A DNA stretch of 63,980 nt, the filler included, from an uncultured bacterium (lineage in GTDB: Bacteria; CAYJOG01), in the NCBI GenBank assembly GCA_964371695.1. It is 5 parts of 5 records of this genome, joined end to end, with 100 filler letters (N's around TTAATTAATTAA, not from the genome) between each part and the next. Parts side by side here need not be neighbours in the genome. Positions count along the whole stretch, not along the records: positions 1 to 13,988 come from CAYJOG010000025.1; 4 more parts are not named here. One strand, 5' to 3'. The notes beneath the pieces were generated by a model that was not told the DNA's origin, did not search any database, and saw nothing but the letters and a program-made list of their open reading frames with translations. The stretch's first letter is position 1. Every line of letters begins with the position of its first letter. This document shows positions 1-11,000 of the stretch, one piece after another. Position numbers and translations under genes: made by a program.

Positions 1-45
1 GCCCAGGTTTGGGCGATGTTTTGAGCATGTCGCGGCGGCGAACTG

Positions 46-315
46 TTAACCACGGGGCGTGAGCACCGATGGATACAGGGAAATGGCGGCGAGGACGACC
101 CTGTCCGCCTGTCGGATGGTGGGCTTGGCCTTTTGGCGTTGGTAAGCAGCCAACTGCTGGCGCAGGGCCAGGTTTTCCAGAACGAGATTGTTGCGGGAGG
201 TCAGCGCCGCGCCGAGGTTGCCCAGGAACTCGGTGACCTGGTCCACGGTGTCCACGATCTGCTCCACGGTTTTGGCGGCATCCACGAGGAAGTCGGAAAA
301 GGTCTTCGAGAACAT
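46..315 (-). pseudogene. N-terminal remnant of an rve/integrase-core (DDE) transposase
   Basis: Translation contains LVLENLALRQQLAAYQRQKAKPTIRQADRVVLAAIS, which resembles the N-terminus of a widespread rve-domain transposase family. The frame stops at 46 before any catalytic domain. A related remnant lies at 50714-51130. Confidence 0.65.
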
Positions 316-361
316 GAAAGCGATCCTACCCAAAAACGCAGAAAACCCGCGTGGCTATTGA

Positions 362-380
362 TCGGATGGATTTTTCGGTA
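362..380 (-). repeat. Transposon-end-like motif TACCGAAAAATCCATCCGA
   Basis: Exact 19-bp match (reverse strand) to 50623-50641 and 55117-55135. It sits just upstream of the transposase remnant. Confidence 0.75.
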
Positions 381-802
381 CCCTGAGAAACGGGGCGGGT
401 GCCGAGCGGCCAGGCCGAAACGCTTGTTAACCGCCAAAATGTTCTCACGAAATGTTCTATGCCCGTTAACCAATAGAACGATAGAACGGCGGGCTTACTC
501 CAAAAACCCCTGTAAAACGGCCTGGGCCGCCACCAAGCAGGACTCGAAAACAAACCCGTTCTCTGTTCTCAGCACCTTGAGAACGACCCGGTTTGCTTTC
601 TCGTAACGCTTGGGGAGCCAAAGAACAAACGAACCCTTTTTCAGTGGGTGGCCCGACCCGCACCCTGGGCCAGAACCATCGCCTACTGCGAATCTGACCC
701 GTATTGCCAAGCCGTTCTGTTTGAACGAATGGCCAAAGGAGACCTGGATATGGCCCCCATCTGGCCCGACGTGCGGACAGCATCCGATAAGCCGGAGTCA
801 GT

Positions 803-3800
803 TCACCAAACCACACTGCCTTCGAGCGACCATTGTTCTTCGGTTTGTGAGGCGGGGGTGGTGGTGCCGGAGGCTGTGCCGGACGCTGTGCCGGACGCGC
901 TGCCGCTGAGGCCCTGTGTGCGTTTGCGGTAGCCGCCTTTGAGCTGCCAGGTGTTGCTGAGGTTGCCTTTGAGCAGCACCTCCAGCGCGGTGCTGGGCAC
1001 GTTGCCTGATGACTGTTGCTGGGCGCTGTTTTCCCAGGTGAGTTCCAGGCGGCTTTCGCCCACAAAGGGGGTTTCCATGAGCAGGCGCAAGGTTTTTTGT
1101 CCGCTGCGCGACCTGCTGGCGCTGGTGGGGCTTGCGCCCGTGCCGCCATTTGCCCCGCCGGTGATCAGGCTGTTGGCGGAGGTGTTCTGGCGCGTGAGCC
1201 AGGTGACCGAGAGGGGAAAGTCCTTCCACAGGGGTTCCGCCTCCACTTTCCATTCCAGCGTGGTTCCGTCCTGATCGCTGGCCGCCTGCGAGCCGGTGAG
1301 CGCCGCGCCGCCCACCGCCACCTGGGCGCTGGTGGTCTGCCCCCCCAGCTTCACCTGGGCTTGCAGGTTGCGGATGAACTGCTGTTTGGGCGCTTTCACC
1401 GTGACGTTCCACTGCTGGCTGTCCACCGTCTGTCCGGGGCGGGTCTGCGCCACCAGCGTGCCCGTCCAGGCCAGGTCCCACCGATGCACCACGGCGCGGC
1501 TTTGCAGGCTGGTGATGCCGCTCTGGTCGCTGCCCTGGGGCGAGAGTTGCTCGCGGCTTTGCTGCATGGCGGTGAAGGTGAGGGACCGCCGGGGGCTGTA
1601 GTTCATCACCCACTGGCTGTTTTGCTGACCGTGGGTCTGGCCACCGGGCTGGCTCTGGTGTTGCTGGTCGCGTTTTATTTGCAGGATGAGGCCCTTGCGC
1701 ACCGTCCACTGGGCCGAAAAGTTCTGCTGGTTTTGCCGCGCCCCCAGCGGGGCGCTCTGGCTCAGGCCAGCGCCCAGAGCGGGGGACTGGCCATCCTTGC
1801 GGTCAAAGTCCAGCTTCAGTTTTCCGCCTTTGGCTTGCCAGCCCGCCTTGATCTCGCGGGTGTTGCCGGTGGCGGGGTTCTGGCCCTGCTGGGCGTGCAG
1901 GGTGAGGCCCTGTCGGGGCGTGGCGTCTGCGGTGAAGGTGTAGTGACTGCCGCCCTTGGTGGTGTTGCCGCTGGCGGTTTCTTCGGTCTGGTCATCCTGG
2001 CCAAAGGTGAGGGTTGTTTTGAGGCGGGGCGAGAGCGTGGCCTGGCCATTCGCCACCCATTTGCGCGAGCGCTGGCCGCGCCCGCCGCTCTTGGAATCGG
2101 CCTCTTTCCAGTCCAGCCCCATCCGCCACTTCTCACCGCCCTCAAGCGCGCCGGTGAAGGACCGCTCGTTCTGATGCCCCGGCTGGCTGCCGCCGGTGGT
2201 GTTCTGTTTGTCGGCAAAGGCCAGGGAATAGCGGCTGCGTTTGAGTGACCAGTCCAGATTGCGGGTGGTGCTGGTCTGGTGCAACCCTTTGGTTTCATCC
2301 ACCAGTTTGCTGCTTTCGCTTTCTTCCAGTTTCAGGAGGTGATCCTTGCCCAGGGAAAGTTCCGCGCCGCGTTTCTGGCTGTGGGCCTCGCCGCCACCAC
2401 CGCCGCCAAAGGTGAAGAAAAGCGCGTCACTCTGGTCTTTCTCAACGTGATACCGCAGGCGGCCCACCTCGCCCCTCAGTCCCAACCGGCTGGCTTGGCC
2501 AGTGCTGGTGCGGGTTTGTGTCACCGCCACGTCGGGCTGATAGCGGTATCGCACCTCCACTTTTTCGGTGCCGGTGAAGTGGATGATGTTCTTTTGAAAG
2601 GTGAGATAACCCTGGTCGTTGTCCAGCGTGTATTGAGAAGAAGACACGAGAAAACCATCCACAAACACCTGGGCGCTGCCCGCCACCACCGGCAGGGCGC
2701 TGGTTGAAAGTTGATACGGCCCATCGGCGCTGTCGTCCAGCGCCAGGGTGTCGGAAAGGTTAAAGGCGGCGGTGGCCAGCACGCCGGTGGCGCGTTTGCG
2801 GTCGCCCTGGCTGGTGGCCACGTCCAGGGTCAGTTCGTGTTTGCCGAACTGAAAGGCGCCGTCTGCGCCCATCACTTTTTGCTGCGCGGGGCGGCGCAAC
2901 ACCTGACCATCGGGCGTGCGCTCAAACCCCACCACCTCTTGTGTGAGATGCGAAAACCCCAGCGCCTCACCCAGCACGGGGCCGGAGACCCTGAGGCCCG
3001 TGAAATGCCCCGGCTCGTCCTGCTGGCTGGCCAGCACGCTGTATTCCACACTCACGCGGTCCTGCGTGGTCAGCGCGGTGTCAAAACGGATTTCACCTTT
3101 GGTGTGGTCCAGATCAAAAGAGCCGGGGGGCAGTTCACTGCCGTTGACATAAACCTTTTCGCTGCCGGGGAAGAGCGCTCCCACCCCAAGGGCATAGGGG
3201 CCGTTGCTGTTGTTGCCAAAAAAGGACTTGGTTTTGCGGGGCGTTTCGTGGCCAAAGTCCAGAACCTCCAAAGCCAGACCCCCGGCGCGGGTGTTCAGGC
3301 GCAGGCCCTCCAGACGGTAACTGCCCGCCCAGGCGGGGGCGGTGCCGCCGCCCGTCAGCCCGGTGTCGCCACCGCCGGTGAGGCCCCCCGCAAAACCACT
3401 GCTGGCCCCGGCGGGCAGCAACGACTGCGGGCGCTGGTTCAAACGGTCAGACCCTGCGAAGGCGGCGTCTCGCTCGCCGCTGGCCGGGCGGCTTGCGGCC
3501 CCTGTTTTGACCGGCGTGGCGGCGGGGGTGTTGCTGTCTTTGCCAAACAGCAGCATCAGCCCCAGATCCCCCATGCTGCCGGAAAGGTCCAGGCCAAACC
3601 GGCTCAGGCTGTATTTCGTGAACTGACCGCCGGTGAGGCCCGCCTCCAGACTGCCCAGCTTGGGCTGGAAGGTTTTGCAGGGCTTGGGTGTGGCGCTGGC
3701 GGGTGAGGTCTGGTCCGTCCCACCCACACCCGCGCTGTTATTCGCCCAAGCGCCAGAGCCCGTCGAACCACTGAGTCCGCCGTATTGTGATTGAGTCGCG

Positions 3801-4330
3801 CCGCCGGTTTGGGATGCACCCGCCCGGCCCGTGTCCCAACCCTGTTCCTTTGAACCAGCGCTTGCGCCACCATTTGCACTACGCATGGCCGAAGCCGAAC
3901 CGGTGGGTGATGCCCCCCCCGCCAGGGCGTTGTGGGCTGCCGGACAACCCCCCGCGCCGCCCGCTCCCGCCGCCTGCGCTGAATCATCGTCCGAGGTTTC
4001 TTTAATCTTTCCGTTTTTCAGGTCCTCAAAAATATCCGCCAACGTGAACGACGCCGAAAGCCCCCCCTGACCCAGCGCGCGCAATGTGCCGCCCTGCTTC
4101 CATGGGGGCGCACCCACCCCCGCCGTGGCCAGCGACACCTTCTGCTGCATCGCCGCCAGCTTTTGATCCAGCAGGGTGGGCTGCGGCGGGGTTTGACTGA
4201 ACCACGCGGTGTTATCCATCGGCAGGGCATAAACAGGAGTGAAGGGCAGGCTTGTCAAGGCAAAAACCCAGCATGCCAGCTGCCGCAATAGCGAAAATTT
4301 CATAAAACGCTTAGGTTTTTTCACCGGCAT
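803..4330 (-). CDS. Large secreted, predicted outer-membrane beta-barrel protein (SprA/DUF2460-like internal repeats)
   Basis: 1175-aa ORF with a signal peptide (…LPFTPVYA-LP) and Gly/Ser/Ala-rich linkers. Two similar modules: GPY…GSEKVYVNG…DLDHTKGEIRF and GPY…GSAQVFVDG…YTLDNDQGYLTF. The C-terminal half has alternating beta-strand patterns and ends in an aromatic residue (QWSLEGSVVW). Confidence 0.7.
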   Translation of the reverse strand: MPVKKPKRFMKFSLLRQLACWVFALTSLPFTPVYALPMDNTAWFSQTPPQPTLLDQKLAAMQQKVSLATAGVGAPPWKQGGTLRALGQGGLSASFTLADIFEDLKNGKIKETSDDDSAQAAGAGGAGGCPAAHNALAGGASPTGSASAMRSANGGASAGSKEQGWDTGRAGASQTGGATQSQYGGLSGSTGSGAWANNSAGVGGTDQTSPASATPKPCKTFQPKLGSLEAGLTGGQFTKYSLSRFGLDLSGSMGDLGLMLLFGKDSNTPAATPVKTGAASRPASGERDAAFAGSDRLNQRPQSLLPAGASSGFAGGLTGGGDTGLTGGGTAPAWAGSYRLEGLRLNTRAGGLALEVLDFGHETPRKTKSFFGNNSNGPYALGVGALFPGSEKVYVNGSELPPGSFDLDHTKGEIRFDTALTTQDRVSVEYSVLASQQDEPGHFTGLRVSGPVLGEALGFSHLTQEVVGFERTPDGQVLRRPAQQKVMGADGAFQFGKHELTLDVATSQGDRKRATGVLATAAFNLSDTLALDDSADGPYQLSTSALPVVAGSAQVFVDGFLVSSSQYTLDNDQGYLTFQKNIIHFTGTEKVEVRYRYQPDVAVTQTRTSTGQASRLGLRGEVGRLRYHVEKDQSDALFFTFGGGGGGEAHSQKRGAELSLGKDHLLKLEESESSKLVDETKGLHQTSTTRNLDWSLKRSRYSLAFADKQNTTGGSQPGHQNERSFTGALEGGEKWRMGLDWKEADSKSGGRGQRSRKWVANGQATLSPRLKTTLTFGQDDQTEETASGNTTKGGSHYTFTADATPRQGLTLHAQQGQNPATGNTREIKAGWQAKGGKLKLDFDRKDGQSPALGAGLSQSAPLGARQNQQNFSAQWTVRKGLILQIKRDQQHQSQPGGQTHGQQNSQWVMNYSPRRSLTFTAMQQSREQLSPQGSDQSGITSLQSRAVVHRWDLAWTGTLVAQTRPGQTVDSQQWNVTVKAPKQQFIRNLQAQVKLGGQTTSAQVAVGGAALTGSQAASDQDGTTLEWKVEAEPLWKDFPLSVTWLTRQNTSANSLITGGANGGTGASPTSASRSRSGQKTLRLLMETPFVGESRLELTWENSAQQQSSGNVPSTALEVLLKGNLSNTWQLKGGYRKRTQGLSGSASGTASGTASGTTTPASQTEEQWSLEGSVVW

Positions 4331-4381
4331 ACCCGTTATCTGTCCATTGGCCTCATTTTTTTCACAACCGTGGTCACGGCT

Positions 4382-4801
4382 TCATTTCAAAGTCATCCGT
4401 ATGTCCAGGGGGTCCGCCGAAATGCAGGTCAACGACGCCTCGGTGGTGGATCCCACGTTCAATGTGACTGTGAAGCCAATGCAGTTATTGACAGATGGCG
4501 CCGTTTTGGTGGTCTCGCAAGCGTTGAGGACTCCCGACGAGTAAACCTTTCCCAAGTCAAGGGTTCCCTCTGGGGGAAGGGCGCCAAAGTTCTGGGTTTG
4601 GTAAAGGATCTGCAAGGGAGGACACCGTGTATCGGATCGAACCCGAAGGTATCCCTGGCCCTTGGCATAGGCACCCAGAACACCGCCGCCGCCGCAGCCG
4701 CTGGAAAACAGCAATGGAATCCCCGAAAGGCATGCCATGCCCCAGATTTGCCATGACTTGGGCAGCTTGCGAACGAATGGCCACTGTTGGCGTGACGTCA
4801 T
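4382..4801 (-). CDS. Hypothetical lipoprotein
   Basis: Hydrophobic N-terminus followed by a lipobox-like FSSG-C and GGGG. Co-oriented and 51 bp upstream of the barrel gene. Confidence 0.6.
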   Translation of the reverse strand: MTSRQQWPFVRKLPKSWQIWGMACLSGIPLLFSSGCGGGGVLGAYAKGQGYLRVRSDTRCPPLQILYQTQNFGALPPEGTLDLGKVYSSGVLNACETTKTAPSVNNCIGFTVTLNVGSTTEASLTCISADPLDIRMTLK

Positions 4802-5058
4802 GGCTTTACTCCCCAAACCGGCAATGAACGAGGTTAGCGACGGTGTAAATCTTGAAGTCGTTTCTTGAAATCACGGAGAACTCTCACCATACCGGTTTGG
4901 CTGGTTTGGTGTAAAGGGAATGTCGGATTTTCAGGCTTCAACAGTGAACGAAAATTAACAGCTTAGTCACACTTCTATTTTAGAGCCATTTTGTCACAAA
5001 AGTTCTTGACGTTAGACCTCGGTCTTTGCCACCATAGGCGACTCCTACCTTACATATT

Positions 5059-8000
5059 ATGGGTTTACCACTTCGTCAAGCGGCTGCAATACGCTGTTTC
5101 TCCTCAGGGAAAACAGGCCTTTTGAGCGTTGCGCGTCGAAAAAAGAACGCTGCAAGGCCGGTTACTCCGTGTTCTGGCGCGAAAGGGTTTTTTACAGGGC
5201 GAAGCCTGCTGTGTTTAACCGTATTGGGGCTGCTTGTTACGGTTCCGAAAGCCAGAGGCGCGACGCCTCTGGAGGTGGAAGTGAAAGCCATTCTCAACGA
5301 GTCAAAGGACACCAGTGTTCTGCAGGCGCCGTATGCGGTGCGGGAACGGGCGGGTGGGGATTTGTTTGTGGTGGACACGGCCAACAACCGGCTGATCAAG
5401 TATCAGGGCGGTGACTTTTCTAAACCAATCTATTACCCCGATCCCAGCCGCACCAACCAGGGCGCTGCCGCTGAGGGAAATGTGACGGTGGCGGTGGATG
5501 GCCAGGGGACGGCGGACCCCAAGATGCTGGCGTATGCCCGCACTGCGTCGGACCTGCGGTTGCTCAAGCCAATGGGGGTGGGGTTCTATCAAAACTATGT
5601 GTATATCGCCGACACGGGGCATGGTCGGGTGCTGGTGCTGGAGGATTTGGGAGACCGGTTCGCGGTGGCGCGTGTTTTTGGCCATTTTGCGGACAAGGGG
5701 CTTATCCGGGACATTGCGTTTGGCCCAGGGAGTTCGTTTTACCTGTTGGATGGACGGGCAGGAAAAGTCACCAAATACAGTTTCACCGGGGAAGCGCAGA
5801 ACTTCAGCGGGGATGTAAAAGAAATATCCGGGTCTTTCGTGCCATATGGCCTGACAGTGGATGAAGCGGGAAATATTTACGTGGCGGACACCAGCCACCA
5901 CCAAGTCATTCAGTATGGCCCCGACGGGAGCAAGAAACTGACCATTGGCGGACGCGGAAAAGCAGAGGGCAAGTTGTTGTATCCCCAGGGGGTGGTGGTG
6001 GACCGGGAAGGCAGCATTTATATCGCCGACACCGAGAACCAGCGCATCCAGAAGTTCCGGGCCAATGGTGAACTGGCGGGTGTGTTTGGGGAGTGGGGCC
6101 AGGAAAAGGGTCAGTTTTTCCATGCCAGGAGAATTTCTCTGGGAACCCGAAGCGGCGTGCCAGTGGTGTATGTGCCGGATACGACCCTGAACCGGGTGCA
6201 GGTGATTGAGGTGAATCCTTTCATCAAGATCGTGCATGAGCCGATCAGCGTGGTGACGGCCAAGCCGCTAGCCATCACCGCCCAGGTGACCAGCAAACTT
6301 TCCGGTGAGGTGCGGGCCTGGTTCAACTACAGGATTGGCGAGACGGGGGTGTGGCAAAGCCGGATATTGGCGGCGCAGGGAGATGGCCAGTTTTCCGGGA
6401 ACCTTGATCTGGCGGATCTGCAGACCAACCACGTGGTGACGTACAACATCTCCGCGATGGCGATGGAGCACGGCATTTCCAACACCACGGAGAATTTCCA
6501 GTTCAAAACGGACCTGACACCCCCCAGCCTGGAGCAGTTCAAGCCCGCGCAGGACGTTTTTCTCACCGGTGGCGAGTTGGAGGTCAGTGGATTGATTTCC
6601 GACGTGGGGTTTGGCCTGACGGAGGAGGGCCTGCGGCTCACCGTTGGGGGCCAGCAGGTGAGTCATGATCAGATTACATTTGGTCAAAACAGCTTCCTTT
6701 ATAAAAGAAGCTTGGCGGGGTTGGCGGATGGTTCCCTGGAGGTTAGTGGGCGGTTGGAGGACAAGGCGGGGCACGTCACCACGCGCATAGCAACGGTGTA
6801 TGTGGACACCACAACGCCCCTGGTGAACTGGGGTGAGCCTACGCTGATGGATTTTCAGGGACCGTTAAAGCGCCGACCGGGAACCAACAGGATTATCGCC
6901 GCCGGGCGATTGGATTTGCTGGGAACCATTGCAGACGCGAACATTGCCAGTTACCGCGTGGAGGCGGGGGCGGGGGAGTACCCCACTGCCTGGACCAAAC
7001 TCACGGAGGGCAATTTGCAGGAGGGGCTCAACAATGCTTCTCTGACAATTTGGGATAGCAAAAAATATCAAGACGGTGTGGTGACCTTGCGGCTAACCGC
7101 CAGGGACAAGGCGGGAAACGAAAGCAGCCCCGTCCTGTTAACGGTGGAAGTGGACAACACCGCCCCGCGCGCCACCATCACCAAACCCTTTTTTGGACAG
7201 GTGTTTACGGTGCAGACGCTAAATCTCACCGGCGGTAACACCGAAGTGATCGGTTTGGTGAGTGACGCCAATCTGAAGTCCTTCAGTGTCGAGGCGGGGG
7301 AAAGACACAGCGTGGCGGATTGCCCCACTGCCCCAGCCGGGGAGTTTCAATTATTAAAATCTGAATCCCTCACGGATTACACGGATACACAGTCTTCGCC
7401 TCGAAGTGTTGCGGCGAACTGGTCGCCCCAAGGGCTGGAGCCTGATTCAACCCGGTTGTTCGCCATTCGGGTGACGGCGGAGGATGCCTATCACCGGGAG
7501 GCCTTTTGCAGTTTGTTCAACGTGGGGTTGGCTGGCATTGTTATTACGCCTTTACCTGATGAGAACATGGCCACCAATAACATCCGTTATGACCTTTCGG
7601 ATCAAGGCAAAATCACGGTGCAGGTTTATCAGGCGTTGCAGCCAGACAAGCTGACTTCAGCGGCGGCGTTTACAAACCCAAACTTCGCCACGTTGGTGAA
7701 AACCATTGTTCAGAACCAGGAGCAGCCCGCTGGAGAAAACGCCGTGCAGTGGGATGGTCTGAATCAATCGGGTCAGGAAGTGCCTGATTCAAGCTCCAAT
7801 TATTATTACCTCATCACCGCCGTGAACGACGTGCAGTTTTCATCTTTTGCCCTGGGGCGGATCAACAAACAACAGGTGCCGCGCATTTTGGCTTTGAGCC
7901 TGAACACCAGCACCTATGAAATCTGCTACACCATCAACAAGCCGTTGGCTTCTGCTTTGCTGGAGGTGCGAAACCCGCAGGGAGCATCCATTGTCCGGTT

Positions 8001-11000
8001 TCAAATGGGGATGCTGGGCGCGGCGGGACAGTATTGCAGCAGTTGGGATGGCAAAAACCCCTATGGCCAGCCAGTGCTCAGCGGGATTTATTCCGTTTAT
8101 TTTCAGGGCACGGATGAAGTGGGGAATCAAGCCGAGAAGACGGTTGATGTCGCGTTAACCGGCAGCACACCGCAGATTGTGGCGCAAACACCGTCGGGGC
8201 GGAGGGTGGTGCCAACATGGCAGTTGGACCTTTCATCGCCCCCGCCATCATCGCAATTTTTTACGGATGACATTATCCAAGGGAATTCGTGGCAATTTAA
8301 TCAATTTCGGGAGTTGGCGCAGGGGGAGAAAAGTGCGCTGGAGGCCATGGTGTTGGGCAATGGGGCATCGGTGGTTTTGGCGTTGACTGGTCAGAAACAT
8401 ATCGAACGGGCCAGACGAAATGACGATTTGCCTAGGTTTTATCAATGGGATGGGCGAAGCCGTGAGGGGGGAAACCCGGCAGGAGCGTTAAAAGTATTCG
8501 ATCTCGGAAATCAATACGCTCAGTGTCTAATACAGGCGGGTGGGGATGCTGGTCAGTGCGTAAAAGTGAATTTGGTGCCGGACACGGAAGTGAAGGATGT
8601 GTCTTTTTCGGAAGCGAACGCTGGGGACGCTATTGCGGTTTCTTTGAGCTTGCAGCGCTCCGATGCGGAAAAAGAACTGTTGCGCCACTACCTGCTGAAT
8701 GTTTTTGATCTGGACGGCAATCTGGTGGATCAGGTGGCGAAACTCAACCGGGAAGACGTGTGGAGCCTGGAAGAGGGGAATTTAACGCGCACTTGGTCCC
8801 CGCACTTCGAGTTTCAGAACTTCACTTGGTCTTCCGCCGGAAAATCTTTGCGCACTCCTGGTTTGAGGTTTGATTTTCAGGCGGAGGACTTGGCGGGCAA
8901 CGTGCGCCACTATGACCCCTTCATCATTCGAAAAGCCATCACGCTCAGTGACGAACTGGAAGCCGTGATTGTGAGTGATGACCAGTTGGCCATGCTGCGC
9001 ATTCCACCGGGGGCCATCGCCAGTGGTGCGACAGTGGGCCAATTGCAGATCGAGGTGCCACCACCTTTTACAGAACCCCGCACCACGCCGCCCCCCTCCG
9101 GCTTTGCTTTCTTGAATCAGATTTACAACTTCATGCCCTCAGGGGTTACGTTTAAGCCAGAGAAACCGGCGATCCTGAGGTTGTATTTTGAAACCGATGG
9201 CCAGGGAAACGTTTTACTCAACGGCTTGCCGGTTGGGGCGAAAGAAGATGAGCTGGCCATTGTTTATTTCGACGAAACCAATCACGCGTGGCAGCGTTTT
9301 GGTGGTGTGGTGGGGGTGGAAAATTATGGCACCGCCGCCGAGCGGCATTACATCTGGTTCAAGCTGAAACACCTTTCGGTTTATGCCTTGGTGAAAAAGG
9401 AAGATCAGTCTCTGCCGGTGGCGCAAATTACTTCCCCTGTCGCAGGCTCCCTGGCCGCAAGTGTCTTATCCATTACTGGCACCGCGCAGGATGACAACCT
9501 GAGCCGTTATTTGTTGCAGTACGGCAAAGGCCAGAACCCCGATAGTTGGGTCACGTTGACCGAGGGTTTCCAAAACGTGAGTGGCGCGGCGTTGGGAGTG
9601 TGGAACGCGGAATTGTTCACCGGCGTTTATTCCCTTCGCCTGACGGTGGCGGACAGAGCGGGCAACAGTCAGGTGGCTTTTGTGGCGGTGACCTTTCCTG
9701 GAACGGGTGGGGGCGCGCCACCGCCGCCGGGTGAAGAGGAGGTGGACCGCCAGCCGCCTCAATTGACGGGATTAAGCTTGAACAGTCTGGCGGTTTCTCC
9801 CGTGAGCAGTCCCGTCACTTTTACTTTCACGCTCACCGAAAACGCTTTGGTGAATCTGACGGCGGTGCGTTCGACGGGTGAAACGTTAAAGGAGATTTTT
9901 AGCGATCAATATCTTCCGGCGGGAACCCACGCCATTACGTATGCGGGTGACACAAGTGCGGGAGGTTTTGGTCTGGACGGGCTCGCGTTATTTAAGGTGA
10001 CTGCGGTTGACGCGGCAGGCAACCGGGCCGAAGCCGCCAGTGGCCAGTTCAAGCTGGACGCCACCCCTCCCCAGTTTTCTCAACAAACACCGACACAGGG
10101 CAGCGCTCCCCCTCAAGCCCGGCCCCCGGTGTCCGTGTTCCTCACGGACGGCCAAGGCGCTGGGTTAAACCCAGCCACGCTTGCTGTCTCGTATAACGGC
10201 CAACCGGTGACCCAATACACCCTTGAGTTGGGGATTTTGTCGTTCACGCCTCCGGTGGATGTGGTGGGGGGGGACAATACGGTGGCGGTTCAGGTGCAGG
10301 ATCTGGTGGGGAACCAAGGCCAGTCCTCCTGGACTTTTGTGGGGGACCGCACACCGCCGACAGTTCTTTCTCTCACCACTTCGGAATCCCCCTGTTCACC
10401 AGTGACGAGTTTTGAGGTGCGGGACGCTTGTCTTGTGGCGGCGAAAGTTCAGGAGACCGGTGGCTTTACGTGGTCCTTGGCATTTTTGAACAGTGGCGGC
10501 CAGACGCTGGAAACATTCCAAGGCACCGTCCCCCCCAATAGTAGTGGCGGGCCCTTTGAGCTTGACGGCGCCTGGAGAGGCCATCGCCCGTTTGAGGTGG
10601 AGGACGATGGGCAACCGTTGGAGCCCGGTGATTCCAACATGAACATTGACATGGTTGATGATGGAACGTATTCCTTTTTGCTGACGGCAACTGACACGGC
10701 AGGCAACGTTGCCACCCGCACGGGCCAGGTTGTGCTGGACAACACCCTGCCAGTCGTTGGTGTGTTGAATCAGACCACCAAGTTTTTGACGCCGAAGGTC
10801 ACGCCGGGAGTCATGGATTCGGTGACAGTGACCGGTCAGGTGACGGAGGCGTTGCCTCAAAAACTTCTTTGGTTGTTGCAGGACGCCAACGGCAATGAGA
10901 TTCAGCGGCAGGAAACAGCTTTGAGTCAGGCGCTGAACGGGTATCAGACCTCCTACACCTGGAACGGGAAACTGCCTGACCAGAGTTTTGCTCCGGATGG

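Noticed and set aside
864-905. 12-bp tandem repeat encoding SGTA units
   Set aside because: Ordinary in-frame low-complexity linker.
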